Shown: positions 1 through 14,581, counted from the stretch's first letter. The stretch: DNA of 64,000 bases from an uncultured Nitrospinota bacterium (GCA_963707985.1 CAVPRW010000018.1:32001-96000); one strand, 5' to 3'. The notes: a model not told the origin generated them from the letters alone. A program made the numbers and translations.

Positions 1-1047
1 CTCCACCCGACACACGCCGGGAATGGGCATGAGCACATCCACGTGCACCAGTGCCGTTGACGTCTGCCGGTGGATGAGGACCACATCATATCGACGTTCC
101 ACTACCACTCCCCGGGGTAGCGTCAGGCGTTGGTGGCCTGCTCCGGACCGCATCAGGGCGACGATGGACGCGATATGGGTGGCGGTGATGCCATGAAGAT
201 CACCCATTACCTCGGTCAGCGACTGCCGCAGGACACGCCGTTGGAGCGCTAACGGCAGGGAGGTGAGCACCGTGATCTGTAAGGAGATGGCCCCCGAGGT
301 CGCTGCCAGACAGGCTGCGAGAAAGTGCTGGTGGGCCATGCCTTGCAGAGCGGCTTCGTCTTCCGCCAACAGTTGTGTGGTTCGGCTGATGGTGTGCGAC
401 AGACGCGGGTTAAAGTGTTGCCGCAGTGCTGGAAGTATGTCCAGTCGAAGACGATTACGGGAATACTGGCGCTGCGCGTTTGACGGATCGTCGCGAAACA
501 GCAACCGATGCGTGTGCAGATAATCCAGGATATCGGTGCGTGACACATGAATCAGCGGCCGGACGATGACCCCACGCACGGGGGGAATACCGCAGAGTCC
601 TCGCAACCCAGAGCCGCGCAACAGGTGTAGAAGCACTGTCTCGGCTTGATCGTCCGCGGTGTGCCCGATGGCGATGCGATTTGCCCCTAGCTGGGCCGCC
701 GTGGCTCGCAGAAAGGCATACCGTAACCGGCGTGCGGCGTCCTCAGGGGAGACCTTGTGTTGACGTCGGTAGGTAGGTACGTCCCGTGTGTCGCAAATGT
801 AGCGGATGCCAAGATGGCGTGACACCGTCTCTACGAAGGTGGCGTCGTCCGCGGCATTTGGGCGCATCTGGTGGTTCAAATGGGCCACACAGAGCTGCAG
901 GGCTAGCGGCTCCCGGAGCCGCCAAAGGGTATGTAACAGGGCCATCGAATCGGCACCGCCGGACACTGCAACCAGCACGGTATGGCCGGGCTCGAGCATC
1001 CGATAGTCCTGGATAATCTGTTGCACCCGTTGCAGAAAGGGGTCCAT
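1..1047 (-). CDS. tilS: tRNA(Ile)-lysidine synthase (3' end runs off the window; alternative in-frame ATG at 1071)
   Basis: Manual translation: MDPFLQRVQQ...VLVAVSGGADSMAL (PP-loop), AHLNHQMR, IAIGHTADDQAETVLLHLLRGSGLRGL. Confidence 0.93.
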   Translation of the reverse strand, partial: MDPFLQRVQQIIQDYRMLEPGHTVLVAVSGGADSMALLHTLWRLREPLALQLCVAHLNHQMRPNAADDATFVETVSRHLGIRYICDTRDVPTYRRQHKVSPEDAARRLRYAFLRATAAQLGANRIAIGHTADDQAETVLLHLLRGSGLRGLCGIPPVRGVIVRPLIHVSRTDILDYLHTHRLLFRDDPSNAQRQYSRNRLRLDILPALRQHFNPRLSHTISRTTQLLAEDEAALQGMAHQHFLAACLAATSGAISLQITVLTSLPLALQRRVLRQSLTEVMGDLHGITATHIASIVALMRSGAGHQRLTLPRGVVVERRYDVVLIHRQTSTALVHVDVLMPIPGVCRVE

Positions 1048-1084
1048 AGCCCCCGCATCCAGGGAGATCATGTTGGTTGAGGAA

Positions 1085-1158
1085 TGGCGGTGCAGGGCTT
1101 CGAACCCCGGACACGCGGATTATGATTCCGCTGCTCTAGCCAGCTGAGCTACACCGCC
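1085..1158 (-). tRNA. tRNA with CAT anticodon, most likely elongator tRNA-Met; CCA not encoded
   Basis: Reverse complement GGCGGTGTAGCTCAGCTGGCTAGAGCAGCGGA-ATCATAA-TCCGCGTGTCCGGGGTTCGAAGCCCTGCACCGCCA folds as a cloverleaf. Confidence 0.93.
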
Positions 1159-1237
1159 ATGGTGTTTCTAAAGGTGTGTGAGGAGGGCGATCTGTGGAAG
1201 GGCTCAATCCTGACACTATTTCCCAAGTAAATCAAAT

Positions 1238-1399
1238 TTATGAGTCGCTCGATGGTCGGAAAATAGCGAAGATGAAGAAGGCGGTCAGGATGAAGAATAA
1301 CACCTGGTAATTGACGTCCGCCGACACGAGCCCTAAGACAAGGAACACAATTCCCACAATAAGATAAATTAGGATCTCGAGCAGGCGATTTTCAATCAC
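1238..1399 (-). CDS. Small two-helix membrane protein (about 53 aa)
   Basis: GTG at 1399 after a GAAGGAG RBS; two hydrophobic segments. Confidence 0.6.
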   Translation of the reverse strand: MIENRLLEILIYLIVGIVFLVLGLVSADVNYQVLFFILTAFFIFAIFRPSSDS

Positions 1400-1654
1400 C
1401 AGGACACTCCTTCTGATCCCAACGCTCCGTAACGACAATACAGAAGAATTCGCGCTCAACAGAATCCCGTCCCTTATTCAGCCCGGAGGTTGTCCCAGCA
1501 GTCCTCTAACCCGACTCCCCTCACGGCTCAGTAGCCCAGATACCATCACGCCGATGCGCCTAATCGTTGCGCAAACAATGGCAGTACATTCGGCTGCACG
1601 AGCCTCACCATAGGTCTCACAATACTATAAGCCGTGCGGGGTTGTCAAGCGCTC

Positions 1655-2440
1655 TCACGGCCATGGATTGACCGCGATGCCCGGAAACGTTTTGACGACG
1701 CGCTCGAGACCAATCCGGGCCAAGGTATCGTTAGTTTGCCAGACTCCACCTCCCTTGAAAAAACGTCCAGCCAACAACAGGTTGTCGAACAATGGTTTCT
1801 GCGTTTCGTCAAAGCGGGCTCGCCACAAGATCTCACCATCCCGCGCACTGATCAGGTAGGCCTCATACGCCACGGAGGCGGGCTGGTCGACCGCTAAGGC
1901 GGACCCCTGGCGATTGTCATAGCGCGTGATAACACCGGTGAGCACGGCATCGAGAGGTCGTTGAGCCGTATTTGGCACCCCAGGCTCTGGTGGCACGTGC
2001 ACCGTGCCCACCGGCTCTTCAGGACTCGCTGGCCAAATCCGACCAAGCCAATCGCGCACGAACTGTCGCAAGCGCCCAGAGCGCTCTTCTTCCGGGGCAG
2101 CTTGCGCTGTGCGCGTGAAGGCTAACTCGGTCTCCTCATCCAACAGCAACGGCGGCGTGACCTCGTAGCGCCGATGGGAGTCGAGTTCTGTATAAAAGAA
2201 TGAGGCCAAACGTATTCCAGCATCCGGCGTTCCACTATTGTTGATGAAACCGATAATGCCAATGCGCTGGAGTTCATACTTCGACAGCTCCGGACTCACC
2301 TCCGCCACCACATTGCTGGGCGGTTCTAACCAAGGGACAGCCCCCCAGAGCCGACCACAGACGCTTAAGCTTAGGGCAAAGGCAATACCCAGCATACTGC
2401 TGATGGAAGTAGACCTTCTCGTACCCTGTCTGCACTGCAT
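1655..2440 (-). CDS. Exported CsgG/LpoB/DUF799-like alpha-beta protein
   Basis: Signal-peptide-like N-terminus; RIGIIGFIN...DAVLTGVITRY...GEILW pattern. Confidence 0.6.
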   Translation of the reverse strand: MQCRQGTRRSTSISSMLGIAFALSLSVCGRLWGAVPWLEPPSNVVAEVSPELSKYELQRIGIIGFINNSGTPDAGIRLASFFYTELDSHRRYEVTPPLLLDEETELAFTRTAQAAPEEERSGRLRQFVRDWLGRIWPASPEEPVGTVHVPPEPGVPNTAQRPLDAVLTGVITRYDNRQGSALAVDQPASVAYEAYLISARDGEILWRARFDETQKPLFDNLLLAGRFFKGGGVWQTNDTLARIGLERVVKTFPGIAVNPWP

Positions 2441-2591
2441 GGCCGTATCCTTTCTCGTGCCCGTCTTCCTCTAATGAGTACTACTGCCCATGTGATAGAC
2501 ATCGTCCATACCCTTATGCGAAGTTCTCTCGCAGACTCATGAACAGAGCCACATCTTTTGGGGGCGTGTCTCCCGGTGGTCGAGGATGTTG

Positions 2592-3623
2592 TTAGCTATG
2601 CTGGCCCTTAGTGTGGAGGTCTGAGGGACGAGACTCATGAACCAGAGCTTGAGCGACCTCTTCGTCGGTGATGAGCACATTGCATAACCGCCCGAGGAGA
2701 GCACCGCGGATCGCCTCGAGCTTATAGCGACCCCCAGCAACGCCGATGACCAATTTGCCATGCTGCCGTGTCATGTCCCGCAGATGTTCAGCCGCCACTG
2801 CGACCACTCGTTTGGTGAGTCCCTCCAGCTCGTCCTGGCGCACCAAATGTCCGTGCCCATCGAATGGCTGGTAATTAATCTCGCCGACCACCTTCATGGC
2901 CGTCAATTTCTGCGGGGACACCCCATAATGCTCGGCGATGCTGCAAAATCCTGGCGTTTCTGGACCGACGGCGCCAATCCCGACCAGCGCCACATCAACC
3001 TCGTGGGCTTCCTGGTAGATCTGGCGAATCTCTGGTCGATCGAGCAACAGCTGACGCTCGCGGTCGATCTCTTCAAGTGGTCCGATCAGCTGAGCATGCA
3101 GGGCATAAGCGGTCACGTCAGGGCGATATTTGGCGGCCATCATGCCCACCAGTGTATTGGGAAAAAGGTCCACCAAGTGCAGGGTGCTTTCGGCCGACAG
3201 CGGGTAGATCTTCAGGTCTTTGATTAACCCCTCGCGTAGGTGTTTGATCATATAATATAGCGTATAACCGCAGGAGAGACCAACCTTCACGCCATCGCCA
3301 GCGATTTTCTCAAAATATCGCGCCGTGGCAATGCCTAGCTCTTCTTTGATGTCTGACGCTTGACCGCTGGGAATGACGACGGCATCGCGCAGCCCAAACT
3401 GCTCCATGAGCGCTGTCGCGAGGCGGGGCATCGGTGGCAAGGTAATGTGCACGCGCACGATCCCCTCCTGATAGGCGCGTTTCAGGAGTCGCGAGACTTT
3501 ACTGGGCGAGATCCCCAGTTGCTCGGCAATCTCACGTTGTTGCTTCTGATGCCGGAAGTGGAGCTGGACGCAACGGACCATCTCTTTCATCTCTTGATAG
3601 CTATCCAAGTCCCGATCGAGCAT
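2592..3623 (-). CDS. SorC/DeoR/CggR-family sugar-binding transcriptional regulator
   Basis: HTH QREIAEQLGISPSKVSRLL; sugar-binding domain with DVALVGIG, VAGG..K..AI.GAL.G....LITDE. Confidence 0.9.
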   Translation of the reverse strand: MLDRDLDSYQEMKEMVRCVQLHFRHQKQQREIAEQLGISPSKVSRLLKRAYQEGIVRVHITLPPMPRLATALMEQFGLRDAVVIPSGQASDIKEELGIATARYFEKIAGDGVKVGLSCGYTLYYMIKHLREGLIKDLKIYPLSAESTLHLVDLFPNTLVGMMAAKYRPDVTAYALHAQLIGPLEEIDRERQLLLDRPEIRQIYQEAHEVDVALVGIGAVGPETPGFCSIAEHYGVSPQKLTAMKVVGEINYQPFDGHGHLVRQDELEGLTKRVVAVAAEHLRDMTRQHGKLVIGVAGGRYKLEAIRGALLGRLCNVLITDEEVAQALVHESRPSDLHTKGQHS

Positions 3624-3713
3624 AGCGACATCCTTCCCCGACGCCTGCCCACTACCCCTTCATGCCCCCAAGAGACAAACGAGTTACAAGATGTGAATGC
3701 GGGGGGCCATTGA

Positions 3714-3786
3714 TGAAAAAAATTTCAGGTCACGGGAAAATTTGCTTGACTCCGAATATTGTATCAAATATGATGTGGCAATACAA
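3714..3786. promoter_or_regulatory. Divergent promoter/operator region
   Basis: TGAAA-N4-TTTCA palindrome 3714-3727; TTGACT...TATGAT -35/-10 on +; TTGTAT...ATACAA inverted repeat. Confidence 0.5.
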
Positions 3787-3882
3787 GAGCTGAGGTAACA
3801 GTGCTGGTCGATATCCATGAGCTATGTGCTGCCGGTAGCGCCTTGCAGGCGGCCGCGACATCGTAGGAAAGGAGATAGGAGC

Positions 3883-5334
3883 ATGGCCATTGCGGAACGT
3901 CCGACATACGAAAAAACCAAGTTGGTTGCTCTTGACGAGTATCATCAGAGCCGCGATAACCTCGATGGCTTTCCCCCAACCACACTTGAGCATATCCCGC
4001 TGACCAACACCCCGAATATCTTCTCCTATAAATCGTATATTTTTGCCCCCAAGCCGGAGCTCGTGCAGCGTTTCATGAAGGCGACCAAGGCCGACATCGG
4101 CGGTGTAGGCGGCCATGTCGTATCGGCCGAGGAAGTGAAGGCCGTCCTCACCAAGTTCATTCTGGATCACAATCGCTATAACGGGGAGCCGATGTTCAGC
4201 AGCTTCATCGTCACCCATACCGGTGACGACATCGCGATTACGGGGATCCATTCGGAGAAGATACCGAACGAGGCGCTTGACGAACTTTTATGGGATGCCT
4301 TCATGCTGGGCACGGAAAAAGCCACGGAGCTTGGTCTATACGGCCCTGGGCAGGATCTTATCGCCGATTCGTTTACCGGAAATCTGCGTGGTGCCGGCCC
4401 TGCGACCATCACCCTACCGCTCCCCGTGCGTACCGAGAACCCATCACAGACCGTCGTGGTATCCTACGCCGACAAAACCGAACCATTTGCCTATAATTAT
4501 TACGCCACCGGTGCTTACCTCCTCCCACGCTTCAACACGGGGCTGGTCATTGCCTCATCGCGTATGAAGCGCGGCTTCATTTTCGAAATCATCGATCTCG
4601 ACTCCAAGGCTCAGGCTATTGAAGCCGGCATCCATCCGAACGATGCCAAAGGTATGGAAACCAAAATGACGGACCTGGGCAATGCCGGCGAGCGTGTGAT
4701 CTCCTTGCGGGCGCCAGAGGATCTGTTTGACATAGAAGGTTTGACGCGCAGCTCGCGCTATGTGGTGGGGCGGATCTATGCCCGCGAGGAGAATGGCGAT
4801 AAAGGACAGTTGGGGTACATCGTGTCGGCGGAACGTCTGCACAATATCCCGACCAAACGGGGGTTCGTCTACGGTGGCAAAGACGACCCGGTGATGTTGG
4901 CGTTTGCCCAGGGCGATTGGCCCGCTCCAGGCGAACTGACCTCTCCGTGGGCCGCTGCTCCGATGGTCCCGGGTGATTGCCGCGGCAGCCATGCCCTGCA
5001 TATTCTGCCGGTGCCCCTCAATTGGCAGACTTCCTATTGGTCTGGTCCTATCCTCTCCTGTGTGACACTGAGCTGCAACATCCACACCGGGCGTATTGGG
5101 GCCATCTCCGACCAATTTGCCCTAGGCACTCCATGGGACTATGTCCGGCAGCAAGCCTCCGAGCAGGCGGTGAAATTCCGCATCGCGCACGGCATCAAAC
5201 AGCCGGCCACGCTGCATGAGGATGAGCTGGAATACCAGGAAGGCTGGCGAGAGCGCAAGAATCGCCTGTTCCAGCAATTCGAGATGCGGCCCGTGTCAAC
5301 CAACGGCGCAGGTGTAACGGTGCACCAGGCCTAG
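3883..5334 (+). CDS. Fructose-1,6-bisphosphate aldolase/phosphatase (class V FBPase), divergent and extended
   Basis: KADIGGVGGH, TGDD, LYGPGQDL..DSFTGN, ADKTEP, YGGKDDP, RGSH, ELEY; ATG 3883 after an AGGAG-rich RBS. Confidence 0.85.
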   Translation: MAIAERPTYEKTKLVALDEYHQSRDNLDGFPPTTLEHIPLTNTPNIFSYKSYIFAPKPELVQRFMKATKADIGGVGGHVVSAEEVKAVLTKFILDHNRYNGEPMFSSFIVTHTGDDIAITGIHSEKIPNEALDELLWDAFMLGTEKATELGLYGPGQDLIADSFTGNLRGAGPATITLPLPVRTENPSQTVVVSYADKTEPFAYNYYATGAYLLPRFNTGLVIASSRMKRGFIFEIIDLDSKAQAIEAGIHPNDAKGMETKMTDLGNAGERVISLRAPEDLFDIEGLTRSSRYVVGRIYAREENGDKGQLGYIVSAERLHNIPTKRGFVYGGKDDPVMLAFAQGDWPAPGELTSPWAAAPMVPGDCRGSHALHILPVPLNWQTSYWSGPILSCVTLSCNIHTGRIGAISDQFALGTPWDYVRQQASEQAVKFRIAHGIKQPATLHEDELEYQEGWRERKNRLFQQFEMRPVSTNGAGVTVHQA

Positions 5335-5342
5335 GCCTACAT

Positions 5343-5381
5343 CCCCTTGCCCCCTCTTCTATCGGAAGGGGGAGCAGGGGG
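5343..5381. terminator. GC-rich hairpin between convergent genes
   Basis: ccccttgcccctctt...aagggggagcagggg imperfect inverted repeat. Confidence 0.4.
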
Positions 5382-5408
5382 CCTACCGACCTGATTCGCG
5401 TTTGCTAT

Positions 5409-8400
5409 CTATTCGAAATGTACGACTTCCTGCCCAAATAACGTCTCGATATGCTGGACCAGCGCTTCCGAGGGGGCGACTTGCAGACGCTCCTCCGAGA
5501 GCAGAATGACCTCTCGTTCTTCCGGGAACAGGAGATGTAGATAGACCGGGCTTCCCCCCGGCGCTCTCTGCAGGATGGATTTCAGCTGGCCAAGTGTGTC
5601 GCGATTCAAGCCTAGCGTCGGCAGGCTAATGTGTACTTGCGGTGAGAGCCGCTCCGCCGCTTCTGCCAGGGGTACAATGCGGTCGGCAATGATCTTGGGG
5701 TTATCATCTCCCCAATCGACCACTCCTCGCACCAACACCGGTTGATCGGTCTCAAGTACCGCCCCAAACTCTTTGTACACTTCCGGGAAGACAATTGCCT
5801 CAACCTGTCCCTGCACATCCTCCAGCGTCACGAACGCCATACGATCGCCTTTACGCGTGGTCTGCAGGCGTGTCTTGAAGATCATGCCGCCGAGACTGAC
5901 TTTTTCGCCATCTTGGAATTCTCTGAGGCTCTGGGTGTTGGCGATGGCGTACAATCGGAGCTGGCGTTCGTAGCGAGACAGGGGATGGCCTGTGATATAG
6001 AAGCCGATGACCTCCTTTTCATAGGCCAACAACTGGCTCTCCTCCCATTCTGGTACCGAAGGTATACGGGGACGGTATGCGGGCTGCATGGACGCTTCGA
6101 CATCATCGAACATGCTGATCTGGCCATCTTCGCGATCACGCTGGCGTTTCTGGCCAGATTCGAGATAATCATCCAGAACTGCCATCATCTGCGCTCGGGT
6201 CTCACCGATGGCGTCAAACGCCCCGCATTTGATCAGACTTTCGATGACACGTCGATTGACGACTTTCAGATTCACGCGCTGGCAAAAATCGAACAGCGAG
6301 CTGAACCGTCCCCCTTCCTCGCGTGCTGCAATGACGGCTTCAATGGCATTATCGCCAACATTTTTTACAGCGGCCAAGCCAAAACGAATGGCCTCCCCCA
6401 CCACACGGAAATCACGGTAGCTGTCATTGACATCCGGTGACAGAATGCTAATTGCCATATCGCGTGACTCATTGATATAGCGGATGACCTTGTCGGTGTT
6501 TTGCACTTCGCTGGTGAGCAGGGCCGCCATATACTCCCGTGAATAATGCGTTTTGAGATACGCCGTCCAATAGGCAATAAGGGCGTAGGCGGCGCTGTGG
6601 GATTTGTTGAAGCCATATCCCGCAAAGTAGGCCATGAGCTCGAACAGCGCCTCGGCTTTCTTTGGGTCGAAGCCATGTTCCAGCGCACCCTTCAAAAAGA
6701 TTTCGCGCTGCTCTGCCATGACCTCGGGCTTTTTCTTGCCCATGGCGCGCCGCAACAGATCGGCGAGCCCTAAGGAGAAGCCGGCGATGGTGCTGGCGAT
6801 CTGCATCACCTGTTCCTGATAGACGATAATGCCATACGTCTCCTGCAGAATCGGCTCGAGCTCGGGCAGCAGATATTCCACCTGCGCCTTACCATGTTTA
6901 CGCTGGATGAAGTCATCGATCATCCCGCTGCCGAGTGGGCCGGGTCGATACAACGCCACCAGAGCTATCACATCCTCAAATACGGTCGGTTTGAGCTTGC
7001 GTAAAATATCGCGCAGACCCTGGCTTTCAAGTTGAAAAACCCCGAATGTACGGGCCTCGCTCAACAGCTGATAGGTCCTGGTATCATCAAGGGGGATATC
7101 CTCCAGGGTGATCTCGGTCTGGTGCGAGTCTACGATGAACCGCAGGGTGTTGTGCAGCACAGTGAGCGTGCGCAATCCTAGAAAATCCATTTTCAGCAGA
7201 CCCAGTTCCTCGATGTCCCCCATCGGATACTGGGTCACGACTTCGCCTTTGTTGCCCTTGTAGAGCGGCACGAACTCGACGAGCGGTTCAGGGGAAATCA
7301 CCACTCCAGCCGCATGCGTAGAGGCGTGACGGACCAGCCCTTCGAGCGCCTGTGCGGTGCTCATGAGCCGCGTCATCTGCCCTCCTTGCTGCTCGATGTC
7401 GCGCAACTTGGACTCTTCCTTGAGGGCGTCCGCCAGAGTGATATTGAGGCGATTGGGCACTAGTTTGGCAATGCGATCGACCTCCCCATAGGGAATGTCC
7501 AGTGTTCGCCCGACGTCACGCAGCACGGCTTTGGCCATCATCGTCCCGAACGTGATGATTTGCGCCACGTTCTCCTTGCCGTATTTATGCGTCACATAGT
7601 CGATGACTTCATCTCGCCGTTCTTGGCAGAAGTCGATATCGATGTCCGGCAGGCTGACCCTCTCCGGATTGAGGAAGCGTTCGAACAGGAGGTTGTACTC
7701 CAGAGGGTCAAGTTCAGTGATGCCGAGCGCATACGCCACCAGACTGCCGGCGGCGGACCCACGACCCGGGCCAACAGGGATGCCCTGGCGTTTGGCGTAG
7801 TCGATGAAGTCCCAGACGATTAGAAAATATCCTGGGTAGCCCATCTGGTTGATGACTTTGAGCTCGTGCGTGGCACGTTCCTCATAGGAATCGCATCTGC
7901 TCCGACGTCAGGCGCCGCCCGCGACGCTCGGCTAATTTCAGGCGCTGATGCAAGCGCTCAAACACGGTGGCTTCTAAGTAGCTATCAAGGGTATAGCCGT
8001 CAGGCACTTGATATCGGGGAAGATGGGTTTCCCCAAGCGGGATTTCCAGATGGCAGCGCTCGGCAATCGCCAGCGTTTGCTCCACAGCACCGGCGATATC
8101 GCCGAAGCGCTCTGCCATTTCGTGTGGAGATTTGACATAAAAGTCTGGGGTGGAAAACGCAAAGCGTTTTGGATCGCTGAGCGATTTACCGGTCTGAATG
8201 CAGAGCAAAACGTCGTGCGCCGCGGCATCCTCGGCTTTGAGGTAATGACAATCATTGGTCGCCACCAGAGGGATGCTGAGGTCGCGGCCAAGCCGTATGA
8301 GCGCCTCGTTGAAGGCGGGCTCACCATCGAGGTCATGGCGTTGGATTTCGAGGAAGTAGTCGTCGCTAAACTGCTCCTTATACCAGCGTGCGGCTTCACG

Positions 8401-8880
8401 CGCCCGCTCTTCCTGGCCGTTGGCCAGGGAGCTCAAGACTTCACCGGACAGACAGCCACTCAGGATGATCAACCCCTCGTGATACTTCGCCAATAGCTCC
8501 TTATCGACGCGTGGGCGATAATAAAAACCTTCGAGATACCCAGCACTGACAAGTTTGATTAGGTTACGATACCCCTGATAATTTTTCGCGATGACGGTAA
8601 GATGGTAGGACGCGTCACTGATGCCCTGGGTGGAGCTGCGGTCGAACCGACTACCGGGAGCAACATAGAGCTCGCATCCCAGGATCGGGTTGATACCGGT
8701 GGCGCGCCCCTGGCGATAGAATTCCAGCGCGCCAAACATATTGCCATGATCGGTGAGGCCAATCGCTGACATGCCGTACGCTTTGGCAGTCGTGAATAGC
8801 TCTGCTATCCGATTGGCACCGTCGAGCAAGGAATACTCCGTATGCAAGTGCAAGTGTACAAAATCCTCATGTGTGCCCAT
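5409..8880 (-). CDS. dnaE: DNA polymerase III alpha subunit, one +1 frameshift near 7890 (likely sequence error)
   Basis: PHP domain (HLHTEYSLLDG) in 7882-8931; GRGSAAGS, PDIDIDF, KMDFLGL, FNKSH in 5409-7844. Confidence 0.95.
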
Positions 8881-9105
8881 GGCCAATCTTCGCTCCCTTG
8901 CATCTGACACCATGACCTGGATGATTATCACACGACCAAGGACCGTCCCTCACGCCTAGCCCTCCTCCAATGGGCAAGAGCACCAAAAACCCATCGGCAT
9001 GCTGCAAACGCATCCTACCACAGAATTAATTTCAATTGAAATAGTTGACTTCCATTCCATACTTATACGCCATGGGCAAAGGGATCAAGCTTCTGCTGCC
9101 CCCAG

Positions 9106-10661
<1,556 letters not shown>

Positions 10662-10683
10662 TGCCCGCTAGCTCCTTTAATCT

Positions 10684-12222
<1,539 letters not shown>

Positions 12223-12287
12223 TCAGCTCGCGGTACTTATCACTCAGCCTCGCCTTGAGGGCTGACGTCTAGTCGATGTGGGGCGCT

Positions 12288-12734
12288 CTACAACACATTG
12301 AGAATTTTGTTGAGTGAAGTCTCGTATTTTTCTTCCATGCGGGCCAGGTAGCTATTCCACTCTTCCAGGCTCCAGAGCTCTAGGCGATCGTACATGCCGA
12401 TGGCGACGATTTCCTCTTCGATGCCTGATAGCTCCCGCAAGCGGCGGGGCACACAGATGCGACCGGAGCGATCGATTTCCGAGCCCATGGTTTCAGAGAC
12501 GATGAAATGCATAAACAAACGGCTCTGGTCATCATCCAGGGTTTCTCGAGCCCGCACCAGTTTGTTTTCCCAATCTGGCAGCGCATAAAGCCACAGGCAC
12601 TCGGTCTGACCCCGCACGAACATCACGCTCTTGGTCTGGTCCGGCTTACCTTTATCGAGCAGCTCCCGAATAGAGGCAGGGATGAAAAAGCGCCCCTTGT
12701 CGTCCAGTTTACACCGGAACTCGCCTGCGAACAC
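12288..12734 (-). CDS. mraZ: MraZ-family transcriptional regulator
   Basis: MFAGEF...LDDKGR and second DRSGR repeat; IGMYDRLELW. Confidence 0.85.
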   Translation of the reverse strand: MFAGEFRCKLDDKGRFFIPASIRELLDKGKPDQTKSVMFVRGQTECLWLYALPDWENKLVRARETLDDDQSRLFMHFIVSETMGSEIDRSGRICVPRRLRELSGIEEEIVAIGMYDRLELWSLEEWNSYLARMEEKYETSLNKILNVL

Positions 12735-13129
12735 GTGCGCTCACCTCCTCATCGCTTGGCAACGGGCCCCGTGGTGACAAAGCCGGGTACATCTCAGCTG
12801 CTGGCCTGGACCACCGCAACGCTGAGCAAGTTTCGCAAATGCTGCGGAGGTGGATAGCGATGTCGCCGTGGCGATATTATAGCGCATGCCTAGTGGGTAT
12901 GCTCGTGTGAGAAACGGGAGACCGTTGGCATCTCCGCAACGTCCCTCACTTTCTTGACTTCCGGGAAGCGGTATGTGAGAATGCCGACGACATGATGCGC
13001 GTGCGAACCTGCAGTGCTCCTACTCTCCTATCACAGCTATGACGCCTTGTCAATTGGATTTTCAGCACCCCGAAACGATACAAGCGTTATGCCTCGGCAT
13101 CAACCGATATTCGTGAGGATGACCACACT

Positions 13130-14485
13130 GTGGATGAAGAACTCTGGCATAAGTTCTTGTCGGGTATCGAGGAACACATTGGCACGGCGAAATTCTCCAC
13201 CTGGTTTGAGCCCCTCAAGTACCTTGGGACCCAGGGGAAAAACCTGCGCATCCAGGTACCCAACCGGTTTAGTCGGGAATGGCTCAGTGAGCATTACCTG
13301 CCGCTCATGGTGCAGACGGCACGGGAACTGGTCGGCCCAGAGATTACGATCCAGTTTGAGGTTGGTGGACGCGAATCCGGCAATGCTGAGGCGAGTGAAG
13401 CCCCCATCAACGTTGCCTCAGAACCTACACGGCCAACGGCTCCAGAGCCCCTAGTCGTTGAGGAATCACCGTTTAATCAACGGCTCACCTTCGACACATT
13501 TGTGGTCGGACCTGGTAATCGCTTGGCCCATGCGGCCTGTCTCGCCGTCGCCCAGCGGCCGGCAGAGGCTTATAACCCACTTTTTCTGTACGGGGGCGTA
13601 GGACTCGGCAAAACCCACCTGCTGCATTCGATCGGGCACTATCTTCATGAGACCAGGCCGAATCTGCGCGTCGCCTACGTGTCGTCGGAAAATTTTTTGA
13701 ATGACTTGGTCAATGCTATTCAGGCACACGATGTCGTCGAGTTCCGCAATACGTATCGCACTTACAATATCTTGATGATCGATGACATCCAGTTCATCGC
13801 TGGCAAGGAGCGCACCCAGGAAGAATTCTTCCATACCTTCAACGATCTCTACAACAGTCAACGGCAGATTGTGTTGAGTAGCGATCGTTCGCCGCGAGAG
13901 ATGGCTACCCTCGAGGATCGTTTGCGTTCACGTTTCGAGTGGGGGATGATCGCTGACCTGCAGCCGCCAGACCTCGAGACCCGGATCGCCATTCTGAGGA
14001 AGAAAGCTGCGCTGCTCGATGTCGATCTTGCGGATGATGTGAGCTACATGATCGCCAACCACATCAAGGCTGACGTCCGAAAGCTTGAAGGTGCGCTCAA
14101 CCGCCTTGTGCTTCAAAGTTCGATCATGCGTCAGCGCACCATCACCGAGGAAATGGCTCATGCGGTGCTTCGGGATATGCTGGATCGCGACGAACCGGCA
14201 ATCACCGTCGAGCGTATCCAGGAACTGGTCTCAGCCCACTTTAAGGTACCATTACATTTGTTGACCTCAAGTAAACGCAGCAAAGAGGTGGCCATGGCAC
14301 GGCAGGTGGCGATGTATCTCTCAAGGGAACTGACCAAGAACTCCTTCCCCGACATCGGCAAACAATTCGGTGGCAAAGATCACACCACCGTCCTCCACGG
14401 CCACAAGCAGATCAAACGGCTCATCGAGAACGATGGACAGTTCAGGGCGGAGATCGATCAACTTGTCAGCCGACTTCAAGGATAA
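13130..14485 (+). CDS. dnaA: Chromosomal replication initiator DnaA
   Basis: YNPLFLYGGVGLGKTHL, IDDIQF, RLRSRF, domain IV IGKQFGGKDHTTV. Confidence 0.96.
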   Translation: MDEELWHKFLSGIEEHIGTAKFSTWFEPLKYLGTQGKNLRIQVPNRFSREWLSEHYLPLMVQTARELVGPEITIQFEVGGRESGNAEASEAPINVASEPTRPTAPEPLVVEESPFNQRLTFDTFVVGPGNRLAHAACLAVAQRPAEAYNPLFLYGGVGLGKTHLLHSIGHYLHETRPNLRVAYVSSENFLNDLVNAIQAHDVVEFRNTYRTYNILMIDDIQFIAGKERTQEEFFHTFNDLYNSQRQIVLSSDRSPREMATLEDRLRSRFEWGMIADLQPPDLETRIAILRKKAALLDVDLADDVSYMIANHIKADVRKLEGALNRLVLQSSIMRQRTITEEMAHAVLRDMLDRDEPAITVERIQELVSAHFKVPLHLLTSSKRSKEVAMARQVAMYLSRELTKNSFPDIGKQFGGKDHTTVLHGHKQIKRLIENDGQFRAEIDQLVSRLQG

Positions 14486-14552
14486 CGGTTGGTGACTGCT
14501 GAGCAGGCTTGATGACCCTGTCCTGTAGGCCTAGTGGCAGGAGTACAGCGCC

Positions 14553-14581
14553 TTGACAGGGGTGTCAGTGGCTGCTAGAGT
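14553..14581 (+). promoter_or_regulatory. Sigma70-like promoter of glgA
   Basis: TTGACA-17 nt-TAGAGT, then a GGAGG RBS. Confidence 0.6.

Noticed and set aside
7844..7900. Split-intein or programmed-frameshift dnaE
   Set aside because: No intein sequence or slippery run; removing one base restores the frame, as in other genes here.
12735..13129. oriC
   Set aside because: No good DnaA boxes or AT-rich unwinding element seen.
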